Assembly (NCBI RefSeq): GCF_023585785.1
Contig: NZ_CP097765.1
Coordinates: 330,001 to 362,000, forward strand
DNA from: Blochmannia endosymbiont of Camponotus modoc
Lineage (GTDB): Bacteria; Pseudomonadota; Gammaproteobacteria; Enterobacterales; Enterobacteriaceae
Direction of reading: 5' to 3'
DNA length: 32,000 nt
The position numbers were made by a program, and so were the translations under genes. Below, one piece after another: positions 1 through 11,799 of this stretch; position 1 is the stretch's first letter, and the number at the start of each line of letters is the position of its first letter. Below the pieces are notes generated by a model that saw only the letters and a list, made by a program, of their open reading frames with translations, was not told the origin of the DNA and made no database searches.

Positions 1-120
1 ACCTTGCTTATCACTAATAGTGATAATAGTATTATTAAAAGATGCATGTATATGGGCTACGCCATCTAAAATTTGTTTTTTGATCCGCTTGCGCGCTCGA
101 AGATTGGATGATTTAATCAT
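1..120 (-). CDS. rpsK: 30S ribosomal protein S11, 5' part only (gene runs off the left edge of the window)
   Basis: Reverse-complement translation from the ATG at 120-118 gives [40 protein letters not shown]. This matches the E. coli S11 N-terminus (..[27 protein letters not shown]). It lies downstream of rpsM as in the alpha operon. Confidence 0.9.
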   Translation of the reverse strand, partial: MIKSSNLRARKRIKKQILDGVAHIHASFNNTIITISDKQG

Positions 121-161
121 TTTATATTTGTGCTTTTTTATTTATTAATTACTTATTTAAA

Positions 162-518
162 TTATTTGTTCATTAACTTACGAGGACCTTTACGAGTTCT
201 AGCATTTGTTCTAGTTCTTTGTCCCCGTACTGGTAAATTACGACGATGACGTAATCCTCGGTAAGTACCAAGATCAATTAAACGTTTGATATTTAGAGTT
301 ACTTCTCGGCGTAAATCCCCTTCTACGATATATTCATCAACCGCATCACGTAATTTATCTATATGAATTTCAGACAATTTACAAAGTTGTACATGTTCAT
401 CTATACCTGTATTCAGACAAATTGAACGAGCACGGGATTTTCCGATTCCATAAATAGACATTAAAGCAACAACAGCATGTTTTCTATCAGGAATATTGAC
501 ACCTGCTATACGTACCAC
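162..518 (-). CDS. rpsM: 30S ribosomal protein S13
   Basis: 118-aa ORF starting [26 protein letters not shown], near-identical to enterobacterial S13. Position is rpmJ-rpsM-rpsK. Confidence 0.97.
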   Translation of the reverse strand: MVRIAGVNIPDRKHAVVALMSIYGIGKSRARSICLNTGIDEHVQLCKLSEIHIDKLRDAVDEYIVEGDLRREVTLNIKRLIDLGTYRGLRHRRNLPVRGQRTRTNARTRKGPRKLMNK

Positions 519-562
519 TATTTTATACTCCTAAAAGTTAATTATTCTATACTGAATAACCA

Positions 563-679
563 TTATCCTTGTCGTTGTTTATGCTTTGGATCCACGCGAC
601 AAACTACACGAATAACGTTATGTCTCTTCACAATTTCACAATAACGACATAATTTTTTCACTGACGTACGTACTTTCAT
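563..679 (-). CDS. rpmJ: 50S ribosomal protein L36 (zinc-type); not in the ORF track, found by hand
   Basis: Reverse-complement translation gives [38 protein letters not shown] (38 aa). E. coli L36 is [38 protein letters not shown]. It lies between secY and rpsM as expected. Confidence 0.93.
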   Translation of the reverse strand: MKVRTSVKKLCRYCEIVKRHNVIRVVCRVDPKHKQRQG

Positions 680-715
680 AATGTTTCCTATAATCATATG
701 TATATGATTTATTGA

Positions 716-2053
716 TCAATGATTAAAATGTTTCAGGTTTGCTTTTTTAAGCACAGATTCATATTGACTAGACATCATTAAAGTTTGTATTTGGGCCATA
801 AAATCCATAATTACCACAACTACAATAAGTAAAGATGTTCCTCCAAAATAGAAAGGAACTTTCATAGCAATTCTCATAAACTCTGGTACTAAACAAATAA
901 ATGTAACATACATTGCACCAATGAAAGTCAAACGAATCATAATTTTATTAATATATTTTGCAGTTTGTTCTCCCGGTCTAATTCCAGGAACAAATGCTCC
1001 CGATTTTTTTAAATTTTCAGCTGTTTCACGGGGATTAAAAACTAAAGATGTGTAAAAAAAACAAAAAAACATAATAGCTGCCGCATAAAGTAAGATGTAT
1101 AATGGTTGACCTGGTTGTAGATATAAAGAAATAATAGTTAACCATTGCCAATTAGTACTACTTCCGAACCAAGAAATTACAGTACCCGGGAACAAGATGA
1201 CACTAGAAGCAAAAATAGCAGGAATGACACCAGCCATATTTACTTTAAGTGGTAAATGTGTACTTTGAGCAGCATAAACACGACGGCCTTGTTGACGTTG
1301 AGCATAATGTACTAAAATACGACGTTGTCCCCGTTCCATAAATACAACGAAAAAAGTAACACTCAATACCAAGCAAATAATTAAAATTAATATAAAAAAA
1401 TGTAACTCATCTTGTCTCACTTGTTCTATGGTATGCCCTATAGCCAGTGGTAATCCAGCAATTATCCCTGAGAAAATAATAATTGAAACACCATTTCCTA
1501 TACCTCTGCTAGTGATTTGATCACCTAGCCACATTAGAAAAACAGTACCACAAACAAGACTAATAATTGCTATACAATAAAAGGAAAATCCTGGATTAAT
1601 CACTAATCCCGATACATTAGGCAAACTAGTGACAATGCCTACTGATTGTAGTATTCCAAGTATTAAAGTTCCATAACGAATATACTGGTTAATTACTCTC
1701 CTACCACTTTCTCCTTCTTTTTTAATTTCTATTAAAGTAGGGTGTACCGTAGTTAATAGCTGAACAATAATTGAAGCTGAAATATATGGCATAATCCCTA
1801 AACTAAAGATAGAAGCACGACTTAAAGAGCCTCCAGAAAACATATTAAACATTTCGATAATAGTACCGTGTTGTTGTTCAATAATTTGTGCCAAAACAAT
1901 CAAATCTACTCCTGGAATTGGAATAAATGATCCCATGCGAAAAATGATTAAAGCGCCAATTACAAACATAATTCTACGTTTCAAGTCGCCTAACCCGCCT
2001 TTGATACTTTGAAAAGTAGATCTAGACTGTTGTTTATTAGTAACTGTCATCAT
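716..2053 (-). CDS. secY: Preprotein translocase subunit SecY
   Basis: 445-aa ORF, collinear with E. coli SecY (443 aa) along its whole length (..[30 protein letters not shown].., ..[31 protein letters not shown]..). Confidence 0.97.
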   Translation of the reverse strand: MMTVTNKQQSRSTFQSIKGGLGDLKRRIMFVIGALIIFRMGSFIPIPGVDLIVLAQIIEQQHGTIIEMFNMFSGGSLSRASIFSLGIMPYISASIIVQLLTTVHPTLIEIKKEGESGRRVINQYIRYGTLILGILQSVGIVTSLPNVSGLVINPGFSFYCIAIISLVCGTVFLMWLGDQITSRGIGNGVSIIIFSGIIAGLPLAIGHTIEQVRQDELHFFILILIICLVLSVTFFVVFMERGQRRILVHYAQRQQGRRVYAAQSTHLPLKVNMAGVIPAIFASSVILFPGTVISWFGSSTNWQWLTIISLYLQPGQPLYILLYAAAIMFFCFFYTSLVFNPRETAENLKKSGAFVPGIRPGEQTAKYINKIMIRLTFIGAMYVTFICLVPEFMRIAMKVPFYFGGTSLLIVVVVIMDFMAQIQTLMMSSQYESVLKKANLKHFNH

Positions 2054-2063
2054 TTTAGTTCAA

Positions 2064-2498
2064 TTACTCCTCTATTTGACCGCCTATAGATTGAATTGCA
2101 GTACGCGCCCCTTTACTAACGCGTAATTTACGTATCGTAACAGGACGTTTAATTTCTCCAGACATTATAATTTTAACAAACTTAATTTTTCGTCTAATAA
2201 TATTATAGGTTTTTAAAACATTTAAATCTATTACTTTGTCTGAAATACAAGATAAATCAGATAACCTAATTTCTTGGGTCACCGTAGCCTTGCGAGATGT
2301 AAACCCAAACTTTGGTAATCTACGATATAAAGGAGTCTGTCCTCCCTCAAATCCAAGACGCACCTTACCTCCAGAACGAGATTTTTGTCCTTTATGTCCA
2401 CGACCCCCTGTTTTACCTAATCCAGATCCTATTCCTCTACCTACTCGTTTACTTAAATGTTTAGCTCCTCTGGACGGAGAAATAGTATTAAGATACAT
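2064..2498 (-). CDS. rplO: 50S ribosomal protein L15
   Basis: 144-aa ORF with the glycine/arginine-rich L15 N-terminus ([25 protein letters not shown]). spc-operon position between rpmD and secY. Confidence 0.96.
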   Translation of the reverse strand: MYLNTISPSRGAKHLSKRVGRGIGSGLGKTGGRGHKGQKSRSGGKVRLGFEGGQTPLYRRLPKFGFTSRKATVTQEIRLSDLSCISDKVIDLNVLKTYNIIRRKIKFVKIIMSGEIKRPVTIRKLRVSKGARTAIQSIGGQIEE

Positions 2499-2526
2499 GA
2501 TTTACTACTCCATTTTGATCGCATAC

Positions 2527-2691
2527 TTAATTTAAGTTAATCATACCACGGATGGCAGGTGCATCAATTATTTCAACAGTATTTTTGATATGGCGCAATC
2601 CCTGCTCAACCCACCATACAAAGTTCTTATGTTTGGGGTATAAATTTTCTGATAAAGCTCTAATCTGAATAAGATTAATAATGTTTAACAT
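2527..2691 (-). CDS. rpmD: 50S ribosomal protein L30 (54 aa); not in the ORF track, found by hand
   Basis: Reverse-complement translation gives [54 protein letters not shown]. It shares the L30 motifs ([19 protein letters not shown]). It sits between rpsE and rplO. The start overlaps the rpsE 3' end by 17 nt. Confidence 0.85.
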   Translation of the reverse strand: MLNIINLIQIRALSENLYPKHKNFVWWVEQGLRHIKNTVEIIDAPAIRGMINLN

Positions 2692-3199
2692 AATTATAAT
2701 AACCTAAAATTTCTCTAATAGATTTACCTCGTTTTTCTGCAATCATTTCAGGAGATTTCATGCTTTGTAACGCATTTATAGTCGCACGCACTATATTAAT
2801 AGGATTTGTAGATCCATAAGCCTTTGCTAATACATTATGTATTCCAACCACTTCTAGTATAGCACGCATTGTAGTACCAGCAATAATTCCAGTTCCTTCA
2901 GCAGCAGGTTGCATATAAATACGAGAACCTGTGTATACTCCCTTAACTGCGTGTTGTAAAGTGCCTTTGTATAAGGAAATAATTACCATGTTACGACGAG
3001 CTTTTTCCATTGACTTTTGAATTGCTGACGGAACTTCACGAGCTTTACCGTAACCAAATCCTACCCGACCATTTACATCTCCTACCACAGTTAGAGCTGT
3101 AAAACTAAATACACGACCACCTTTAACCGTTTTGGATACTCGATTTACTGTAATTAATTTTTCTTGCAATTCACCAGGCTGTTTATCAGTATATTTCAT
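2675..3199 (-). CDS. rpsE: 30S ribosomal protein S5
   Basis: 174-aa ORF with ..[31 protein letters not shown].., matching E. coli S5. It carries a 7-aa C-terminal extension relative to E. coli. Confidence 0.97.
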   Translation of the reverse strand: MKYTDKQPGELQEKLITVNRVSKTVKGGRVFSFTALTVVGDVNGRVGFGYGKAREVPSAIQKSMEKARRNMVIISLYKGTLQHAVKGVYTGSRIYMQPAAEGTGIIAGTTMRAILEVVGIHNVLAKAYGSTNPINIVRATINALQSMKSPEMIAEKRGKSIREILGYYNYVKHY

Positions 3200-3214
3200 A
3201 TTATTTACCTTGTT

Positions 3215-3568
3215 TTAAAAAATTAACCCAGTTTTCCTAGCGCAATCAGCCAACATTTTCACTCTACCATGATATTTAAATCCAGAACGATCGAAAGATA
3301 CATTTATAATACCTTTTTTTATTGCCCGTTCCGCAATAATTTTTCCTACTATAGCTGCAGCTTTTTTATTACTGGTTGTTGTTAATTGATTAGAAATTAA
3401 TTTTTCCGCAGTAGAAGCTGCAACTAAGACGTTAGAATTATCTTTTGCAATTATTTGTGCATAAATATGCCGACAAGTTCGATGTATCACTAATCTTATA
3501 GCATCTAATTTATACAACTTTTTTCGTGTTCTCGTAGCTCTTTTGATACGAGCATCTTTTTTATTCAT
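3215..3568 (-). CDS. rplR: 50S ribosomal protein L18
   Basis: 117-aa ORF with the L18-like N-terminus ([13 protein letters not shown]) and C-terminus ([24 protein letters not shown]). spc-operon position. Confidence 0.96.
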   Translation of the reverse strand: MNKKDARIKRATRTRKKLYKLDAIRLVIHRTCRHIYAQIIAKDNSNVLVAASTAEKLISNQLTTTSNKKAAAIVGKIIAERAIKKGIINVSFDRSGFKYHGRVKMLADCARKTGLIF

Positions 3569-3599
3569 GTTACATGATTCTCTATATAATTGATAATAA

Positions 3600-4166
3600 T
3601 TATTTTTTCTTAGTATCTTTGTTATGCACTATTTCATCGATATAACGAATACCTTTTCCTTTAAAAGGTTCAGGAGGACGAAGTGCTCTCAGGTCTGCAG
3701 CAACTTGACCGATAAGTTGCTTATTCATCCCTGTTAAAATAATTTCGGTTTGACTTGGACACGTTGCTGTGATTTCAGTAGGTAATATATAGTCAATGGA
3801 ATGAGATAAACCTATGATTAGGTTGATGATATTATCTTGAATAGATACACGATAACCTATTCCTACTAGTTGCAGTGTCTTAGTGAACCCTGTTGTAACT
3901 CCAGTAATCATTCCATTAATTAATGCACAGGTTGTTCCTATCAAAGCTTTATTTTTGATATCAAAATTATTGCTATAGATCATCAGTTTTGATGTATCAT
4001 GCAATTGTACATCAACCGATTTGTGTAATATACGAGTTAATGCACCAAGCGTACCTGTAATAGAAATGCTATGGTTTGCTACTATTATATCTATAGTTAT
4101 TGTTTTAGGAATAGAAATTATCGTTTTACATATATGGTGCGGAAATATCTTGGTATTAAGACACAT
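3600..4166 (-). CDS. rplF: 50S ribosomal protein L6. I place the start at the ATG at 4166, not at the track's 4190. The exact start is uncertain.
   Basis: The ORF matches E. coli L6 (..[14 protein letters not shown].., ..[17 protein letters not shown]..). The track's first 8 codons lie well inside rpsH. The ATG at 4166 still overlaps the rpsH stop by 11 nt. A non-ATG start just downstream of the rpsH stop is also possible. Confidence 0.88.
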   Translation of the reverse strand: MCLNTKIFPHHICKTIISIPKTITIDIIVANHSISITGTLGALTRILHKSVDVQLHDTSKLMIYSNNFDIKNKALIGTTCALINGMITGVTTGFTKTLQLVGIGYRVSIQDNIINLIIGLSHSIDYILPTEITATCPSQTEIILTGMNKQLIGQVAADLRALRPPEPFKGKGIRYIDEIVHNKDTKKK

Positions 4167-4551
4167 AACATATAATCTCCCCACCAACATTAAGCTGACG
4201 AGCTCTATTATCTGTGATTACACCTTTAGAAGTAGAAATTATAACAATACCCATACCAGACATTACCTGAGGTAGTTCCTTTCTCTTTTTATAGATACGT
4301 AATCCAGGTCGACTAATACGTTTTATGATATCTATGACGGGTTTTCTTTTTTGATAATATTTTAAAAATACTTCTAAAGTTGGTTTGATGCTGTCTTTAA
4401 TATTATATTTCTGTATAAATCCTTCTTCTACTAATACATGAACAATTGCTACTTTCATTGCAGAAGATGGAGTGCAAACTTTATCTTTTTTAGAAATTTG
4501 CCCGTTACGTATAGTAGTTAACATATCCGCGATTGAATCTTGCATACTCAT
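4156..4551 (-). CDS. rpsH: 30S ribosomal protein S8
   Basis: 131-aa ORF starting [18 protein letters not shown] and ending GGEIICYVS, near-identical to E. coli S8. Confidence 0.97.
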   Translation of the reverse strand: MSMQDSIADMLTTIRNGQISKKDKVCTPSSAMKVAIVHVLVEEGFIQKYNIKDSIKPTLEVFLKYYQKRKPVIDIIKRISRPGLRIYKKRKELPQVMSGMGIVIISTSKGVITDNRARQLNVGGEIICYVS

Positions 4552-4582
4552 TATAGCTCCAAGCAGTAAAATATTGTTACAA

Positions 4583-4888
4583 TTACCAACTAGCTTTCCT
4601 TAAACCAGGTATTTCGCCGCGCATAGCAGCTTCGCGTACCTTCATACGGCTCAATCCAAATTTTCTTAAAAACGCGTGAGGACGTCCAGTATGGCGGCAA
4701 CGATTACGTCGTCTAGATGGGCTAGAATCACGTGGTAAAGTCTGTAATTTTAAAACCGCATTCCAACGTTCCTCATTAGGAATGCGTTGATCAATAATAA
4801 TTTTTTTTAGAGAAATACGTTGTGTATAATATTTATTAACTAATTTTAAACGCTTTATTTCGCGTGCCTTTATAGATTCCTTGGTCAT
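4583..4888 (-). CDS. rpsN: 30S ribosomal protein S14
   Basis: 101-aa ORF ending ..[34 protein letters not shown], matching the E. coli S14 C-terminus. Confidence 0.97.
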   Translation of the reverse strand: MTKESIKAREIKRLKLVNKYYTQRISLKKIIIDQRIPNEERWNAVLKLQTLPRDSSPSRRRNRCRHTGRPHAFLRKFGLSRMKVREAAMRGEIPGLRKASW

Positions 4889-4920
4889 AATTAACGCTCC
4901 TTTTATTTGAAGTAATACGA

Positions 4921-5460
4921 TTATTTTCTAAATGGAAATCGAAATGCAGTTAGTAAAGCATACGCTTCATTATCAGAAATGGAGCTAGTAGTAATAGTAA
5001 TATCCATTCCTCGCATATCATCCACGGTATCATAATCAATTTCTGGAAAGATAATTTGCTCGCGGATTCCAATACTATAATTACCATGCCCATCAAAAGA
5101 TTTAACAGATAACCCGCGAAAATCACGAATACGAGGCATGGCAATAAAAATAAATCTTTCCAGAAATTCCCACATACGCGAACCTCGTAAAGTTACCTTA
5201 CAGCCAATTGGTTGACCTTGACGAATTTTGAAACTAGAGATAGATTTTCGTGCTGTAGTGATTACTGGTTTTTGTCCTGAAATTACCATTAAATCTTCTA
5301 CTGCTTTTTCCAAAAGCTTTTTATTAGTAACAGATTTACCTACTCCCATATTAATAGTAATTTTTTTAATTTTAGGCACTTGCATAATAGATCGATAATT
5401 AAATTTATGCATTAAATTTTGTATTATATTATTTTTATAATAATCATATAATTTAGTCAT
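4921..5460 (-). CDS. rplE: 50S ribosomal protein L5
   Basis: 179-aa ORF, same length as E. coli L5, with ..ITINMGVG.., ..[25 protein letters not shown]... Confidence 0.97.
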   Translation of the reverse strand: MTKLYDYYKNNIIQNLMHKFNYRSIMQVPKIKKITINMGVGKSVTNKKLLEKAVEDLMVISGQKPVITTARKSISSFKIRQGQPIGCKVTLRGSRMWEFLERFIFIAMPRIRDFRGLSVKSFDGHGNYSIGIREQIIFPEIDYDTVDDMRGMDITITTSSISDNEAYALLTAFRFPFRK

Positions 5461-5472
5461 ATATTATTCCAA

Positions 5473-5793
5473 TCATTTAACTATATCCCTATTAGACTTA
5501 AATATACGTATTTTTTTACCATTTTGTATTGTAAAACCTACACGATCTGCTTTATTTAAAGTAGGGTTAAATATCGCAATATTAGATAAATCAAGGGATG
5601 CTTCTTTTTCAATAATGCCTCCTGGTTGATTTTTATTAGGGATAGGCTTTTGATGTTTTTTTACTAAATTTATTCCTGTTACTATAGCCCTGCCTTTATC
5701 ATAAAAAACACACTTTACTTTCCCCTTTTTTCCTTTATCCTTTCCACTTAATACAATAACTTCATCGTTACGTTTAATTTTAGCTGCTGCCAT
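5473..5793 (-). CDS. rplX: 50S ribosomal protein L24
   Basis: 106-aa ORF starting [26 protein letters not shown], an L24 KOW motif. Position between rplN and rplE. Confidence 0.96.
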   Translation of the reverse strand: MAAAKIKRNDEVIVLSGKDKGKKGKVKCVFYDKGRAIVTGINLVKKHQKPIPNKNQPGGIIEKEASLDLSNIAIFNPTLNKADRVGFTIQNGKKIRIFKSNRDIVK

Positions 5794-5808
5794 ATATAAT
5801 ACTCTCCA

Positions 5809-6180
5809 TCAAAGTACCTCGGGGGCTAAAGAAATAATCTTCATAAATTTTTCGTTGCGTAATTCGCGAGTTACTGGACCAAAAATACGAGTACCTATAG
5901 GTTGGATGTTGGTGTCATTTAATAATACACAAGCATTATTATCAAATCTAATAATAGATCCATCTAGACGACGTACACCTTTTTTCGTACGTACTACAAC
6001 AGCTTTTAATACATCGCCCTTTTTCACTTTAGCGCGTGGTACTGCTTCTTTAATAGCAACTTTAATAACGTCCCCTATATTAGCATAACGACGACCAGAG
6101 CCACCTAGCACTTTAATGCACATTGCATATCGTGCGCCAGAATTATCGGCAACATTTAAAATAGTGCGTTCTTGAATCAC
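5809..6180 (-). CDS. rplN: 50S ribosomal protein L14 (GTG start)
   Basis: 123-aa ORF starting [17 protein letters not shown], matching E. coli L14 [17 protein letters not shown]. The start codon read from the sequence is GTG, with GGAG 8 nt upstream. Confidence 0.97.
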   Translation of the reverse strand: MIQERTILNVADNSGARYAMCIKVLGGSGRRYANIGDVIKVAIKEAVPRAKVKKGDVLKAVVVRTKKGVRRLDGSIIRFDNNACVLLNDTNIQPIGTRIFGPVTRELRNEKFMKIISLAPEVL

Positions 6181-6298
6181 ACAATTACTCCATAGTAATG
6201 ATTGAATTTAAATTTTTAAAAGATATACACGTTCATATATTTTGATTTACTAGTGCTAATTAAATAGTTTATCACTAATTCATATGATTATTATCTTT

Positions 6299-6553
6299 TT
6301 AAAAATTAGATTTTTTGATAATAGAAGTTAATATCCAAGATTTTTTTTTAGAAATAGGACGGCATTCTTGTACTTCAACAAGATCTCCAACATTAGTCTC
6401 GTTATTAGGATCATGTACATGCAGTTTAGTGGTACGTTTAATAAATTTTTCATATGTTGAATGCTTAATTAATCTCTCTATAGAAACAACAACAGATTTA
6501 TTCATTTTTTTGTTACATACACGACCTAGTAGGATACGAATCCTATCACTCAT
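6299..6553 (-). CDS. rpsQ: 30S ribosomal protein S17
   Basis: 84-aa ORF, same length as E. coli S17, with ..[27 protein letters not shown]... It is the last gene of the S10 operon. Confidence 0.96.
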   Translation of the reverse strand: MSDRIRILLGRVCNKKMNKSVVVSIERLIKHSTYEKFIKRTTKLHVHDPNNETNVGDLVEVQECRPISKKKSWILTSIIKKSNF

Positions 6554-6567
6554 GGAATATTCTCCTT

Positions 6568-6780
6568 TTATACTTTTTTATTATTAGATAAATAATTTTT
6601 AATAGATGCTATATTGCGACGTACTTTTTTTAATAAATGCAATTGTTTTAATTGACCTGATTTTGCTTGTATACGTAAATTAAAATACTCACGTAATACC
6701 TTTACTAACTCTGATTGAAGCGATACTGTAGTAATAGTGTCATTTTTTTTTTGATTTAATAATTTGATGATGTTATTCAT
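6568..6780 (-). CDS. rpmC: 50S ribosomal protein L29
   Basis: 70-aa ORF with ..[33 protein letters not shown].., matching the E. coli L29 core. The start overlaps the rplP stop by 1 nt (TAATG). Confidence 0.94.
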   Translation of the reverse strand: MNNIIKLLNQKKNDTITTVSLQSELVKVLREYFNLRIQAKSGQLKQLHLLKKVRRNIASIKNYLSNNKKV

Positions 6781-7187
6781 TATCTTCCTATTAAAATGGT
6801 TTTAACGGGTAATTTTGATGCGCCTAATTTAAAAGCATTATACGCTAGTTCTTTTGGTACTCCATTTATTTCATATAATATTTTTCCTGGTTGTATTAAT
6901 GCTACCCAATATTCTACATTACCTTTTCCTTTCCCCATGCGTACTTCGAGAGGTTTTTTAGTAATAGGTTTGTCTGGAAACACACGAATCCAGATTTTTC
7001 CTTGACGTTTTATAGCACGGCTTATGGCGCGTCGTGCTGCTTCAATTTGACAAGATTTTAATCGCCCGCGGCTAGTAGCTTTTAAAGCAAATTGCCCAAA
7101 ACTGATATTGTCGTTTACTTTTGTTCCCCGGTTACGCCCTTTATGCATTTTACGAAATTTTGTGCGCTTTGGTTGCAGAAGCATCAT
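6780..7187 (-). CDS. rplP: 50S ribosomal protein L16
   Basis: 135-aa ORF starting [20 protein letters not shown], matching E. coli L16 [19 protein letters not shown]. The second ATG at 7184 is an equally good start. Confidence 0.97.
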   Translation of the reverse strand: MMLLQPKRTKFRKMHKGRNRGTKVNDNISFGQFALKATSRGRLKSCQIEAARRAISRAIKRQGKIWIRVFPDKPITKKPLEVRMGKGKGNVEYWVALIQPGKILYEINGVPKELAYNAFKLGASKLPVKTILIGR

Positions 7188-7195
7188 ATTATCCT

Positions 7196-7903
7196 TTATA
7201 TGCGAGTTTTATGTTTTTTCTTGCTAGAATTACTAATCGTTTGATCTGATGAATATCCTGTATTCAGCAACACATCTCCTAAAATTTCCCCTTTAAAAAC
7301 CCATACCTTAATCCCGATTATACCATACGTAGTACGTGCTTCTGAAAGACTATAATCAATATCGGCACGTAAAGTATGTAATGGAACTCGTCCCTCTCTG
7401 TACCATTCAGTACGAGCAATCTCAGCTCCGCTTAGTCTCCCACTTACTTCTACTTTAATCCCTTTAGCTCCTAAACGCATAGCGTTTTGTACCACACGTT
7501 TCATTGCCCTCCTAAATACTACTCTACGTTCTAATTGGGATGCGATATTATCAGCTAACAGCTTGGCATCTAATTCTGGTTTACGAACTTCAGCAATATT
7601 GAGTTGCGTTGGAACACCAGAAATGCGTGCTATGTTTTTACGTAATTTTTCAATATCCTCCCCCTTTTTTCCAATTATAAGACCAGGTCTAGCTGTATAA
7701 ACAGTTACTCTTATGCTCTTAGCAGGACGCTCAATAATTATACGGGATACTAAAGCTTTTGAAAGTTTTTGCATCAAAAACTGACGTACTTTAAAATCAT
7801 TCCCTAAATTGTCAGAAAAATCTTTGTTATTTGCGTACCAGGTAGAATGCCACGTCTTGGTAATACCCAAACGCACACCATTCGGATGTACCTTTTGACC
7901 CAT
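7196..7903 (-). CDS. rpsC: 30S ribosomal protein S3
   Basis: 235-aa ORF starting [21 protein letters not shown], collinear with E. coli S3. Confidence 0.97.
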   Translation of the reverse strand: MGQKVHPNGVRLGITKTWHSTWYANNKDFSDNLGNDFKVRQFLMQKLSKALVSRIIIERPAKSIRVTVYTARPGLIIGKKGEDIEKLRKNIARISGVPTQLNIAEVRKPELDAKLLADNIASQLERRVVFRRAMKRVVQNAMRLGAKGIKVEVSGRLSGAEIARTEWYREGRVPLHTLRADIDYSLSEARTTYGIIGIKVWVFKGEILGDVLLNTGYSSDQTISNSSKKKHKTRI

Positions 7904-7936
7904 TTTTAAATGCTCCGTCCGTTTAAATATAATTTT

Positions 7937-8266
7937 TTAATTAGACACTACTATAGTAAGATGACTTGTTCGTTTCATAATTTTATCTGATCGCCCTTTA
8001 GCACGCGGCATAATTCTTTTAATAATAGGACCGTTATCGACAAAAACTTTAATAATTTTTAAATTATTAATATCTGAACTGTCGTTATGTTCCGCATTAG
8101 CAATAGCAGATTCTAAGGTCTTTTTTACTAATTTGGCAGATTTTTTGTTGGTATACTTTAAGATATCAAGCGCCTGAGATACTTTTTTTCCTCGTACTGT
8201 ATTAACTACTAAACGAAGTTTTTGAGCAGAAGAACGAATATAACGGCATCTAGCAATTGTTTCCAT
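7937..8266 (-). CDS. rplV: 50S ribosomal protein L22 (start moved to METIA..., 8 codons inside the track ORF)
   Basis: [36 protein letters not shown] aligns from residue 1 of E. coli L22 ([36 protein letters not shown]). Confidence 0.95.
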   Translation of the reverse strand: METIARCRYIRSSAQKLRLVVNTVRGKKVSQALDILKYTNKKSAKLVKKTLESAIANAEHNDSSDINNLKIIKVFVDNGPIIKRIMPRAKGRSDKIMKRTSHLTIVVSN

Positions 8267-8316
8267 ACCAAAATACCCTCTATAGCACATCTTATTTTAA
8301 GATCATAATCATACCT

Positions 8317-8598
8317 TTAATAATGTTTTTTTATTTTCTTATCAACTGAATGACCACGATACGTACGAGTTGGAGCAAATTCACCTAATTTATGCCCAAC
8401 CATTTCATCTGATATGAATATGGGTATATGTTGACGTCCGTTATGCACTGCTACAGTTAAACCAATCATTCTTGGAAATATTGTTGATCGTCGTGACCAA
8501 GTCCTAATAGGTTTTTTATCACCTGTTTCTATTGCTTTTTCCACTTTTTTTAGAAGATGCAAGTCAATAAATGGCCCTTTCTTAATAGAACGCGACAT
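8317..8598 (-). CDS. rpsS: 30S ribosomal protein S19
   Basis: 93-aa ORF starting [22 protein letters not shown], matching E. coli S19. Confidence 0.97.
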
Positions 8599-8624
8599 AT
8601 ACTGTATTCCTAATCCTTCAAATT

Positions 8625-9452
8625 TTATTTATTACGATGAGACAATATAAACTTATTAGTACGTTTATTACTACGGGTTTTTTTTCCTTTGGTTTGTATT
8701 CCCCAAGGAGACACGGGATGTTTTCCAAAATTTTTTCCTTCTCCACCTCCGTGAGGATGATCAATCGGATTCATAGCTGTTCCACGTACAGTAGGACGAT
8801 TTCCACGCCATCTATTGGCTCCAGCTTTACCTAACATACGTAACATATGTTCAGAATTACCAACTTCTCCTACGGTTGCTCGGCACTCACAGCGAATCTT
8901 TCGTATTTCACCAGACCGCAAACGAAGTATCATATACTCCCCATCACGAGCTACAATTTGTATATAAGATCCTGCAGACCGGGCTAATTGCCCACCTTTT
9001 CCTGGTTTCATTTCTACATTATGAATAGTAGATCCTATTGGAATATTACTCATAGGCAAAGCATTGCCTGGTTTTATTGGAACATTTACTCCAGAACTTA
9101 TAAAATCTCCTATTTTTACATCTTTTGGAGCTAAAATATAACGATACTCCCCATCTCTATATGAAAGCAATGCTATATTTGCTGAACGATTTGGATCATA
9201 TTCTAAGCGTTTGATTACAGCAGAAATCCCATCCTTATTACGCTTAAAATCAATGATTCTATAACGTTTTTTATGCCCCCCTCCTATATGTCGCACAGTA
9301 ATACGACCATAATTATTACGTCCTCCTGATCTATTATTAATTTTATTGGATAATAATGAAGAAAAAGGATTCCCTTTATATAAATCATGGTTCACTAGCT
9401 TAGTTACATGTCGTCTACCCGGGGAGGTTGGATTGCACTTAATAATAGGCAT
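8625..9452 (-). CDS. rplB: 50S ribosomal protein L2
   Basis: 275-aa ORF starting [15 protein letters not shown], with ..[14 protein letters not shown].., matching E. coli L2. Confidence 0.97.
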
Positions 9453-9475
9453 CTCTTTTGATCTTCCGTATTTAT

Positions 9476-9778
9476 TTATTCTACTGTATTGATAAAATCA
9501 ATTTTTTGTCCTTTTTCTAAAACAACATATGCTTTTTTCCAGTTGCTACAGCGACCAATTTTGTTAGCCTTTCTTTTAGATTTTCCTGCTACTATTATAG
9601 TGTTTATAGTATTTACTTTCACAGAAAATAACATATTGATAGCATTTTTAATATCTGTTTTAGTTGCATATTTTGCTACTTTAAAAGAAAAAGCATTATG
9701 GCGTTCCAATGTAATGGACGTTTTTTCAGAAACGTGTACAGATCTCAGTATTTTTAATAAACGTTCTTGATAAATCAT
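9476..9778 (-). CDS. rplW: 50S ribosomal protein L23
   Basis: 100-aa ORF starting [19 protein letters not shown], matching E. coli L23 MIREERLLKVLRAPHVSEK. ATGA overlap with the rplD stop. Confidence 0.96.
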   Translation of the reverse strand: MIYQERLLKILRSVHVSEKTSITLERHNAFSFKVAKYATKTDIKNAINMLFSVKVNTINTIIVAGKSKRKANKIGRCSNWKKAYVVLEKGQKIDFINTVE

Positions 9779-10407
9779 ACTAATTGTTTCTCAATTTTCT
9801 TAATCGCGCTATCAGCAATTAAAGTAACGTTAAAATTTATTAAACTTACTGGATCTATATGCGTTGCGGTACGCACCTCTATTTTATGAACGTTACGTGA
9901 TGCTAAAAGCAAATTTTTATCCAAAAAATCGGTAAAAATCAATATACTTTTTTTTGAAGTTATTGTTCTTAATTTTTCTAATAATAATTTAGTTTTTGGT
10001 TCTTTTATAAACAAATTTCTTACTAAAAATAAACGATTATCGCAAACTAATTTAGATAAAATGCTTCTTATTGCCCCTCTGTACATTTTTTTATTTATTT
10101 TTTGGGCATATAGTTTAGGTTTAGCCGCAAAGGTTACTCCGCCAGAACGCCAAATAGGACTTTTTACCGATCCAGAACGCGCGCGACCGGTACCTTTTTG
10201 ACGCCACGGTTTTTTATTAGAACCCGAAACTTCTGATCGACTCTTTTGAGATCGAGTACCTTGACGAGAATTAGTTAAGTAAGTAGAAATTACTTGATGT
10301 ATTAATGCCTGATTAAAAGGACATTTAAAAATTTCATCAGATACAAAAAATTTCTCTGAATCTAGAATACTGACTTCTGCTGTAAAATCCCTGACTTCTA
10401 ATTCCAT
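9775..10407 (-). CDS. rplD: 50S ribosomal protein L4
   Basis: 210-aa ORF with ..[50 protein letters not shown].., matching E. coli L4. Confidence 0.97.
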   Translation of the reverse strand: MELEVRDFTAEVSILDSEKFFVSDEIFKCPFNQALIHQVISTYLTNSRQGTRSQKSRSEVSGSNKKPWRQKGTGRARSGSVKSPIWRSGGVTFAAKPKLYAQKINKKMYRGAIRSILSKLVCDNRLFLVRNLFIKEPKTKLLLEKLRTITSKKSILIFTDFLDKNLLLASRNVHKIEVRTATHIDPVSLINFNVTLIADSAIKKIEKQLV

Positions 10408-11061
10408 TTATATTTTCTCTCTAATATTTATTTTAACAGATTTTTTAATAGATAAATTACCACCAATTATTCCAGGAACAGCACCTTTAACTAACAATAA
10501 ATTAAGTTTTACATCAACATTAACAACATCTAAATTTTGTACCGTAACTTTATAATTTCCTAATTGCCCTGCCATTTTTTTACCCTTAAATACTCTACCA
10601 GGAGTTTGATTTTGACCGATAGATCCAGGAGCTCTGTGTGACAGTGAATTACCATGACTTGCATCTTGCATATGAAAATTCCAACGTTTTATTGTACCTG
10701 CAAAACCTTTACCTTTCGAAATTCCTGTAATGTCAACTTTTTTAACATTTGTAAAAATCTGTATAGTGATAATATCTCCTAATGATAGCTGTGGCATCCC
10801 TTTTTCTTCACAACGAAACTCCCATACACCACGACCAGCATCAACGCCTGACTTTATCATATGCCCTGTTTCTGGTCTATTAATATGTTTAAAGTTTTTA
10901 ATACCAGTAGTTACTTGAACTGCGCAATACCCATCGTTTTCAATATTTTTTATTTGCGTCACACGATGCGGTGTTATTCTGATCATAGTTACAGGGATAG
11001 ATACTCCATCTTTATCAAACAAACGAGTCATACCCAATTTTTGACCAATTAGACCTTGCAT
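10408..11061 (-). CDS. rplC: 50S ribosomal protein L3
   Basis: 217-aa ORF with ..[54 protein letters not shown].., matching E. coli L3. Confidence 0.97.
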   Translation of the reverse strand: MQGLIGQKLGMTRLFDKDGVSIPVTMIRITPHRVTQIKNIENDGYCAVQVTTGIKNFKHINRPETGHMIKSGVDAGRGVWEFRCEEKGMPQLSLGDIITIQIFTNVKKVDITGISKGKGFAGTIKRWNFHMQDASHGNSLSHRAPGSIGQNQTPGRVFKGKKMAGQLGNYKVTVQNLDVVNVDVKLNLLLVKGAVPGIIGGNLSIKKSVKINIREKI

Positions 11062-11170
11062 GATTGTGGATATAACCCCTCTATTACTTTTAGTACAAAA
11101 GTATTATTTGTATTTTACACATAATACACCAATGAATGCTGAATGCCTATTACGATGCATCTTCTATACG

Positions 11171-11512
<342 letters not shown>

Positions 11513-11799
11513 TCATAAACAACTCTACACAAACCCTTTTTCATGTTTCACCCGAAATCTTTAAACGAACATCTAAAACATCTTCGTATCACATATCCAA
11601 AATGTAAAACTGTCTTTATTCCTATCGAACATACCAATTAATTTTTTTATTATTTTCTGCAATAAAACATCACATCAACTTAGTGTACCAGTAAACAAAT
11701 AAAAAACAAGGTTAATCAGAATAAAATTCAAAATATTACTAGAAAATTTTAATATTAAAAATATTATAAACAATTTATGTCATTTTGATAAGTATGAAA

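Noticed and set aside
2675-2691. Gene overlaps: rpsE/rpmD (17 nt), rpsH/rplF (11 nt), ATGA overlaps at rplD/rplW, tyrA/aroF and rimM/rpsP, and TAATG at rplP/rpmC
   Set aside because: Short overlaps and translational coupling are normal in these operons. The S5 C-terminal extension (YYNYVKHY) looks like ordinary stop-codon drift, not a new feature.
3600-4190. 5' extensions of track ORFs: rplF to 4190, rplV to 8290, murB to 16276 and clpB to 19200
   Set aside because: Alignment with the E. coli proteins places the true N-termini at internal Met codons. The murB and clpB track starts are TTG codons when read from the sequence. The rplF extension would run deep into rpsH.
2236-11052. Track ORFs inside the ribosomal-protein genes. 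Most are antisense: 2236-2535, 4021-4275, 5855-6088, 6315-6587, 6796-7005, 8637-8834, 9489-9770, 10730-10918 and 10861-11052. One is a same-strand alternative frame, 4950-5144.
   Set aside because: Each lies wholly within a highly conserved ribosomal protein gene. Their translations are low-complexity with no recognisable family. Long spurious open frames opposite real genes are expected in AT-rich genomes with few stop-prone codons on that frame.
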